Under the pieces are notes generated by a model. That model had not been told where the DNA came from. It did not search any database and saw only the letters and a program-made list of their open reading frames with translations. Positions 56,351-64,000 of a DNA stretch of 64,000 nucleotides are shown here, in pieces. The stretch lies in the NCBI GenBank assembly GCA_002189035.1, contig NEEC01000009.1:558001-622000 (forward strand), in the 5' to 3' direction. The position numbers were made by a program, and so were the translations under genes. The DNA comes from Utricularia gibba. Taxonomy: Eukaryota > Plantae > Magnoliophyta. Position 1 is the first letter of the stretch. The number at the start of each line of letters is the position of its first letter.

Positions 56351-57601
56351 ATGGCAAGGGAAAATGATGAAGATCAGGAAAACTGAAACTCTGAGCGCTC
56401 GCCAGAGAAGAAAAAGGGCTTATTATCAAGAAGGCTAAAGAGCTCCCAGTTCTCTGCCGCGCCCAAGTTGCTCCCCAACAGGGAAGCAGGCTCCTCCTCC
56501 CTTTTGCTAGCCCCAGGTTCCTTCCTTAATCTTTCAGCATTTCACTGTATGCAAGAACACAGTATCGACAAGAAGGGATGGACCAAGGTGGAAATACTCA
56601 GGTTTTGCTGAGATTTTGGTTGTGGAAGGAAGTAAGAAACCAGAACATGATTTTGCCTTGACCTGCTCTCCTTTTTTGTTCTGGTTTCTTACTTCCTTCC
56701 ACAACCAAAATCTCAGCAAAACCTGAGAGTATCTGCATCGTGGCCTATCTCTTCTTGTCAGGTATGTTTGTTTTTTGTTTGCCGGAGTGAAAATCGGTGT
56801 CTCAGATCCATGAGAAATAGGGTTTGGGCTGGAGATTTTATTTCAAGAGGAGATGGATATATTGGAGATCTACCAACAACCTGCCCAATTCTCTTCTTTG
56901 AGAAAATGCTGATGAACTAACTTGGCCAGTATAGCCTCCTTTGTTTTTTATTTTCTTACCAAAAAAATTGTATTTTATTTTTTGAATACAAAAGAGTTAG
57001 ATAGATTTCAAAATTTAAGTGATATTTAACTTATATAATTTTTAAAACATTCAATGAATTAATTATGTTTTCATATCAACTCAAAACATATTTGTTTTGT
57101 GCATAGATACTCTTTAGTAATTCATAAATTGTATTTTCTTTCCTAGCAATTCCAATGCTAAATATTCAAATTACTTGAAAATGTTTGTGTCATGACTCAA
57201 AATGCGGTATTTTTATAATTCCTTTGATTTTCGATGACATTCATTTTGTAATAGCCCCTGAGCTTCTATTCATAACCTCCTTTGACATCACGATCAAGAA
57301 GTTTGATCATGTTTGTAATGTGATACATTTAGTTTGCTAACTTGATTTGGACATGCCTTTTTTTTTTTTATCTAAGATGACTAGAAGAATTGGTAGGATT
57401 TAGCTTTGGAGAAGTCAACAGAATGGTAGCATGAAAATTTCCAAGTTGCTACACATTACAAACTCATGCTACTTGCCATAGTTCATTAACTCCATTTAGG
57501 CTTCTGTTGTTTATGTGATGAAGCATGGATGCTACACTCAAAAGGTATAGTTCGCAATCTGAAAATTGTGAGACAATGGCGTAGCCATGGCTCCACCTCC
57601 A
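56351..57601 (+). pseudogene. SVP-like MADS-box pseudogene C (psi-C)
   Basis: ATGGCAAGGGAA followed by frameshifts and deletions in the MADS exon (ends 56516). Exon 2 remnant SMDATLKRYSSQSENCETMA*PWLHLQ has a stop and has lost its donor (GG). No later exons recognised. Confidence 0.85.
56567..56759 (+). ncRNA. Foldback hairpin, candidate young MIRNA/siRNA precursor
   Basis: Perfect 51-bp inverted repeat (56597-56647 with 56677-56727), 29-nt loop, plus a ~30-bp imperfect outer stem. The structure is certain; expression and strand are not shown. Confidence 0.5.
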
Positions 57602-57759
57602 GGGCACTACACCATTCTGAGCTAAGGTAAGATGTAGTGACAGAGGGGAAAGCATTGATACTTGTGGCATCCTTCATGAGGTTCAAAGTGTGTGTTCAAT
57701 TTCCTTTCCTCTGATGTGAATAGTGACTGGGATTGCTTACTTGTCTTTGGTACATGGCT

Positions 57760-57993
57760 CATGACAAGAGTCTATTTAGACAAGAGATGTGTGTACGGAT
57801 GTAAGAATGTTCCACTCCCTCTTGTTGGATGACCGCATAGGTGTCGGTTAAACTAGCGAGCTCATCGGCAGTTGAAGTCTTTTGTATTTTCCTACATTTT
57901 TCGAGCTCAGGTAGCAGTGAATCAGGTCATTCGGTGGTTTCCGATGGGTTTCCGCCGGAAACACTCCTAGACCTCCTCTGATGCTTCTCTTAC
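57760..57993 (-). mobile_element. Possible gypsy LTR 5' fragment
   Basis: Minus strand begins TGTAAGAGAAGCATCAGAGG...TTTCCGGCGGAAACC, resembling recalled Tat-type LTR starts. No second end or TSD found. Confidence 0.25.
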
Positions 57994-58873
57994 AGTGGTG
58001 CATTTGCTTTGATTATTCGAAAATGTTTTTCCCACAAGCAAATCTTTTTGTTTAATTGGTAACATAACTAATTTGCAAGAACAACTAATATTTGGTAAAA
58101 TATATTTTTAATGCGATTGTTTTTGTCAATTTGTTTTATTATTTTCTTTAGAATTTTTTATGTCTTTTTATTTCTATCTTAAATAGTGAATTGAGTGATG
58201 AATTATTTTTCAAATAAGTAATGATTTTTTTTTATGTGAGCGATTTAATTTGATATTAAATTTATTATCTTGAATTTTCTGAGAAAAAATTATGGAAAAA
58301 AAAATTAAAAATTGCATCTAATAAATAAGAATTAAGATACTGCAGTTCATCAAAAAAGAAAAAAAGGAAAAGTGTGTAGAAATTATTGGAATTAAGTAAC
58401 GAAGTTATAACTTATATTCGAATATATTTATTTAGATTTGTATATTATTTTGGAGTTTGACTTCCGGAAGCATTTAGCCCTAGGGCGCCTCTCGCCGCAT
58501 TCCTGATGGGATGCCAAGCGGAATGATGCTTCGTTCTCGTCTTGAATTTCAGTTTAAGTTCCGATCTGATGAGAACAGAAGGCTTCAACCTGACTAATTC
58601 AAAGGGATAAAGAACAAGACCCACATGCATCAGTGCAGTGCAAAAACGCGTATTGATTAAGTTCCTTCTCATCGACTTGGGATATTCCTCTCAAGGAAGA
58701 TTCCAAGGGCTCCTATTGTGGAAACCCTCTTGGTACTACTTAGTACTTGGCACTCAAACGAACCCCACTTTCTCCATAAGCGCGTCTAGTGTCTTTCACC
58801 TCCAGCAGTCTTATCTGAGCCAAGCTCTCTGTCTACCTGCAGCTGCTTCTTTTTCCTTTTGGGGGGAAAAGAA

Positions 58874-60296
58874 ATGGCAAGGGAGAAGATAAAGATCAAG
58901 CGAATCGATAACTTGAGTGCCCGACAAGTGACTTTTTCGAAGAGGAGAAAAGGGCTCATCAAGAAGGCAAGCGAGCTTTCGGTTCTCTGTGATGCACAAG
59001 TTGCCCTCATAATCTTCTCCTCAACGGGGAAACTCTTCGATTTCTCCAGCTCCAGGTTCCCTTTTATGTATCCCTCTCTGTGACGAAGATTTGCCAACAC
59101 TATACCTTTAGGAGGAGGGTTTTTTTCTTTCTTCTATGTGATCATAATCTGGAGGTATTCCTTGACTTTTTGCTTTTCTACAAAGCCCCAGTCTGGGATC
59201 TGGGTGTGTAGTCAACGTTCCTTGCGTCCGTACAGCCATTTTTAAGCGCTTTCCAAGTAGAAGCCACAGAGAAGCAGAGAGACCTGTCTTTGTTGCATAT
59301 ACTTATTTATTTTTCCTGTGAGGAAAACAGGGTTTTCTTGCAAGTATTGTTGCGCCTTTATTGCAACGCTGTCGTTTGGATTTAGCACAGTTTGCAAAAT
59401 CACAATCATCGCCACTGAAAATCCTAGCAATATTTATCATTTTTGCAATCCTTTAACTTAGGGGGGAAAACATAAACATTTCGTCCAACCATCGAAGTTT
59501 AACCCTTTTTCCTTGTTCATTCCAATATGTTCTGTATGCCCCTACACTACATGAATATTTTTTGTTCATGATGTTGAAGCTGATATGCTCCTTGGTTTCA
59601 TTGTTGTGAAGCATGGATGAAATACTTAAAAGATATCATCTGCATTGCAAGAACTCTAATAACCCGGCGCAGCCTTTACTTGACCTTGAGGTACTTACTA
59701 CCCTCTCATGTGACACAAGCTTTGTCAATGGTGTTTAACAAGCTTGCGGTGGTCTCACAGGTGGTTGTCGGAAGCCACACGCCGACGTTAACCAAAGAAG
59801 TAATGGAGAGAACTCGGCAACTCAGGTAGTCTATCTGCACTCGTTGTTTATTACAAGCTCGTTTTGATGCTCATTTCATGATGATATGGTGATGTTCTGA
59901 GAAGGCGTTTGAGAGTGGAGGATCTCCTGGGACTGAGTGTCGAAGATCTGCACTCCATGGAGAAGTCACTCGGAGCTGGATTGAACCGTATCATATCAAA
60001 GAAGGTAGCCACCGTTTGAATGAGATCAAGCACTTGCAATAGGAAGAAAAAAACACTCTAATTCTAATCCTTGAATTTCGATAGAACCAGAAGATCGAGC
60101 AACGGACTGAGGAACTACAAGAGAAGGTTTGTTTCATGGTACCGAGTATACGAATCTTTTCTACATGACATGTTTCTCCATCCATATGCAGATACTGCAG
60201 CTTACAAAGGGCAATGAACTACTTAAACAAGAGGAATCCCAACTCCGTCTCTGCGGTATCCCCGGCCAAAATCCCTGGCTTCCTTTTACAGTTTGA
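58874..60296 (+). CDS. SVP-like MADS-box gene D: intact M-I-K domains, C-terminal domain lost
   Basis: Exons 1-6 in frame. Exon 6 donor reads GA not GT (60234-60235), giving readthrough [20 protein letters not shown] (stop 60294-60296). Exon 7 remnant ADRNRKHLLP* also has a stop. Confidence 0.8.
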
Positions 60297-60699
60297 AAGA
60301 GCAAACTCAAGTAGCAAGCACCATTTACCGCATCCTCTTTATGCAGGCTGATCGAAATCGGAAGCATCTTCTGCCCTGAGAAGGAGGGTCTCACACAATG
60401 GAATCAATATACCTATAGAGACACTGTGATTAGTTGCTACACTGTGGGGTTTGCGCAGATCACCCCAATCTGAATAAGCAGACAGATGTGATTGATTCTA
60501 CACTAATTCCATTAATTTGCAATATGGAGTCTTCAGAGGGGATCCTCGAAAATAGAATGGATGCTAGTTAGAGTGTTTGTGTGTGTGTGTGCTTAGGTAT
60601 TTAAATATAGAGAGGAGGAAGACAACCGAGAGCAGGTGATTTATTCATTAAGTTGATCGTACGGACGGCAAGTGAGACGTGGGGTTAAACCAGTGGCGT

Positions 60700-60770
60700 T
60701 CAGGGCTGATGTGTCTTTCCCTTTCTGTCCTTTGCTTTCTTGGAGAGCCACTATTTTTAGAAATAAAAGA
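60700..60770 (+). promoter_or_regulatory. Orphan SVP-array promoter-like remnant with CTATTTTTAG-AAA
   Basis: CTATTTTTAG at 60751-60760 plus AAA, preceded by TGGCGTT and a pyrimidine tract as upstream of B1/B2. No MADS exon follows. Confidence 0.45.
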
Positions 60771-62039
60771 GAAAAAGGGCGGTGGTCCTCCTCCTCCTCT
60801 ATTCCTTTTTTAAAGTATGTTTTAAAATAAAAAAAATTAATCATTTTACTTTTAGTGTGTTATAAAAATAAATATAAAAATTGATTTTAATGCATGATAA
60901 AATTTGGTCTGAAAAAATATAATATTTTTGATTCCTTAATTTTAGGGCACGATTTCTATTTAAATTCTTTCAAGTATATAGAATTTGATGAGTTTTTGCC
61001 AAATTAACTTGTTTTTAGGATTAAATTTTTTTTATTTTTTATGGAATACATTAAAAAAGTTATAATGTTTAAAGTATTGCATATTATTATTTCACTTTTA
61101 AAAAAATTGTTTCATTCTTAAAAAAGATTGTTTTGTATTACATATATTTGAAATACTTCGAAAAATAGAAATTTTAGAACGTTACAAAATTTTTTTAAAG
61201 TATTTCTAAAATTTTTGAATCACTAGTTAGACCTATTAAATAAGGTTTAAATGATAAATTTTTACTTTTAAAAAATACTTTATAAATAATTTTGTTATCA
61301 AATAAGATCAAATCTTATTATAAAAATAGTATAAAGTTGAGAAAAATGCATACCACACCCATTATATTTAACGTTTCTGTACCCCACACTCAAAATTTAA
61401 AAAAGTACATCTCATGCTCAAATCATTTTAACTTTAGTCGCATAAGAGCTACATGTGACTCATGTGCATCACGTGCCCTTAATTTTTATCATGAGAAATA
61501 TTAAACATATTGGATGTAGCTTGTAATTTCTTTGATAAAAGCATCGTGAATCATTGGAAGCTCCGATTATTGTTATGATACACTTTGTAGATTGCATTTG
61601 ATTTAGGATTAGCAATTTGTTGATGATAGCTCTATTTTTCATTTTTTATTTGACATTGACTATTTCATTTTGGCCTGAGGTGCTTGGGTTTTGCATGAGC
61701 TGCTTTGTTCTTTGAGTTTCGTTTGATTCAATACTTCAATTCTATAATGGGTTGAGCTATTACATTTTTTTTTCTTAGGTTTTTTGTGGGTTGCTTTGAT
61801 GTTGAAATTTCATATGACTAGAAACTTTTCTTACATAATAGCTTCAATATTTTTTTCCTTTCTATTTGCTTCAATATGATGTGATATTGAATATTTATCT
61901 CATCAATTTGATGTGTTTTGGTATGAGATTCTATATTGCTAAAATTTTGAATGTATTGCACACTTATCGTGTTATGAAATTAAATGCTTTATTTTATAAA
62001 ATACATATAAGGTTGTTGATTGTTGTAGAATATATGAAA

Positions 62040-63000
62040 TGGATTATAATATTAATTTCATGGTTGAAGAAAATATTGACGAGTTAGATATTGATCAAAA
62101 AGAGTGTAATAGGATTGTAAGTGAAGATAAGTAGATTGAAAGTATATGATTCTAATTATGAATATTTGAATAATATTAATTTTGATGTTGACTTTGTTGC
62201 TATTTCAAAAAATGTGGAAAAAATTCTACCTTTATTTTAGAGTTGTTTTACCCGAGGAAAGAAATAAGAGATGCTATTAAAAATTAATATTATTAGAATG
62301 AAAAAAACGTCTAATTTCTAAAAAGTAAAAAATTAAGATTAGAAGTAATATGTTTTCAACTATGTGGTATAAATGACAATGTTAATCCTGGAATTCGTTG
62401 TGTATTTCATATAGCGTTGAAATTCACCTTGAACAAAAAAAGTTTAATACTTGTATGTTTATTTTAAAACTTGTCATAAAATCTTCTAAAAAACATATAG
62501 ATCTATCATTAGAATGAATGAATGTTTTTTAAAGTAGATTTTTCAAGATCAAATTTTGGTTTTTTGGCTTAGATCTGAATAATATTTTTTCAATTATTTG
62601 GACTATCCAAATTGGTGTTAGTTTATTAAGTTATTAAAAATTTACTTAGGTATTGATAAGAAAAATGTCAATAAATACATGTTCATTCCGGATCAACATA
62701 AAGACTTAATATTTGCATTTGATATTGTACATCAAGGAGCTAAAAAAATATTTTATATTAGAACTATACACATACAAAAAGAGTAGGATATGATTCACTA
62801 TTAATGAAACTTGCTTTATATAGAGCATCAACAACTTCAATTGAGGATTGTGACAAGTGGTTGCAAGATAAATTGTCAAAGTATTAGTTAACAAATTTTT
62901 TTCAATACAAATATCAAAATATGATAACTTGTCGAACAATATGTCAAAATACTTCAATTCATTTATTTTAGAATCATCAATTTCTTTAATAAATTAGAGA
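62040..63000 (+). mobile_element. Degenerate MuDR transposase remnant
   Basis: ~62670-62742 translates KYMFIPDQHKDLIFAFDIVHQGAK, like MuDR FISDQQKGLI.A...VFP.A; ALYRASTT-like fragment downstream; heavily interrupted. Confidence 0.6.
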
Positions 63001-64000
63001 ACTTGTTATGTTGAGGTTGTTTCACTGTTGAGATATAGTCAAGAAATAAATAGTTTCGATATATTTTGTAGAAATGGTATCTGTACAATGCGAATTAAAA
63101 AAGATGATCAATATAAGTGAATTAATCATTTTTAGTGTTGAGATCTATATGATCATCTTTTTATTATATTATTAGTTTATGTTCTTTATCATTTTAATTG
63201 GTTGTTGATAAAGAAGCACTTAAAGTTGTTCCAATTAAGAAAAGAAGAGTCAGTAGGCTAGTGAAAAATAGGAAAAAAACATATAATGTGACAACTTGAT
63301 AAACAGATATTTCTATATTGTTATAATAAAATCAAATTTTCGTATCAAATAAATTTGTATGTTGTAATTTTCATAAAATACAAATTTAGAAAACTCGTAT
63401 AATAGATTTTGGAATTGATTACAAGAAGTACGTGCTTGTTATGTGTTTTATTATATGCAAAATTATAGAGCAAATTCTTTTCTTAGTCCAAGGTAAGACT
63501 AATAACGACATATAAGTAATTTAAATCAAATAATAATGCAGAAAGTAGATAAATTCGACTTTTGCATAAAGGGACACGTGATGCCTCAGGGTGCTTATAT
63601 AGTGTGGTAAACAAACTCTTAATTTTTTTCATGCAATTTTACATTTTCTTAATTCCAAACAAGCTAAATTTACTTAGACTATTTGTTAAAGCTTTGGCTC
63701 TAACACTCTCTAGTATTACAACTCATTTTATGCATAAGTCTATTAATTTGTGAAATATATAGAATTAGGTATACTTAGTTCTATTGGTTTTATTCAAAAG
63801 TAACACTTAATAAGTTTTGTATCAATTATTTGGTTTACATTCAAGTTGAAAGTCTGAGTTATTCAATTGATTTGTCTATTTCTTAAATCTACCTGAGACA
63901 TAGTAATATATATAGTAAATGTACAAAAAGTATAATTAAAATAGATATTCATCCCACACCAACTTCGTTACCCTAAAGCATCTCCTAACCTTAGCTATTC

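Noticed and set aside
56685-56706. Hairpin 3' arm 22-mer TTTCTTACTTCCTTCCACAACC resembles miR482/2118
   Set aside because: Alignment to recalled family members needs two gaps and about three mismatches in low-complexity pyrimidine sequence, and conserved miR482 stems are not perfectly paired.
56597-56727. Hairpin as a silencer of the neighbouring SVP-like mRNAs
   Set aside because: Best matches seen are only ~10 nt (AAAACCTGAG, AAAATCTnAGC) to the MADS ENLS codons, too short for targeting.

Overview
Eukaryotic (angiosperm, most likely eudicot) nuclear DNA with short introns; no CRISPR, rRNA or tRNA genes were seen. From about 3 to 40 kb it is a gene-dense block: RABA4-type GTPase, RPS6, 14-3-3, TRM112, ZYP1, a dead histone H3.3 gene, SCAI, a DEAH-helicase/RBR-ligase fusion, PFK5, a D-type cyclin and a secreted glycine-rich protein. 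Decayed transposons are interspersed: two MuDR remnants, a PIF/Harbinger element with TAA target duplication, and nested solo LTRs. From 43.4 to 60.8 kb there is a tandem array of seven SVP/StMADS11-clade MIKC MADS-box loci. Three are intact (A1, A2, B2), one has lost its C-terminal domain (D), one is a frameshifted chimera at the junction of a ~5-kb tandem duplication (B1), and two are pseudogenes. A CArG-type site is retained upstream of every copy, a CArG box overlaps the start codon of four, and an orphan CArG-bearing remnant follows the last. One pseudogene carries a 193-nt foldback with a perfect 51-bp stem followed by a strong splice donor, a candidate young small-RNA locus; this array is the most promising undescribed system here. 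Single-base frameshifts in short G/C or A runs in several otherwise intact genes look like consensus errors. All calls come from reading the sequence by eye; family names and Arabidopsis synteny are from memory and need database confirmation.
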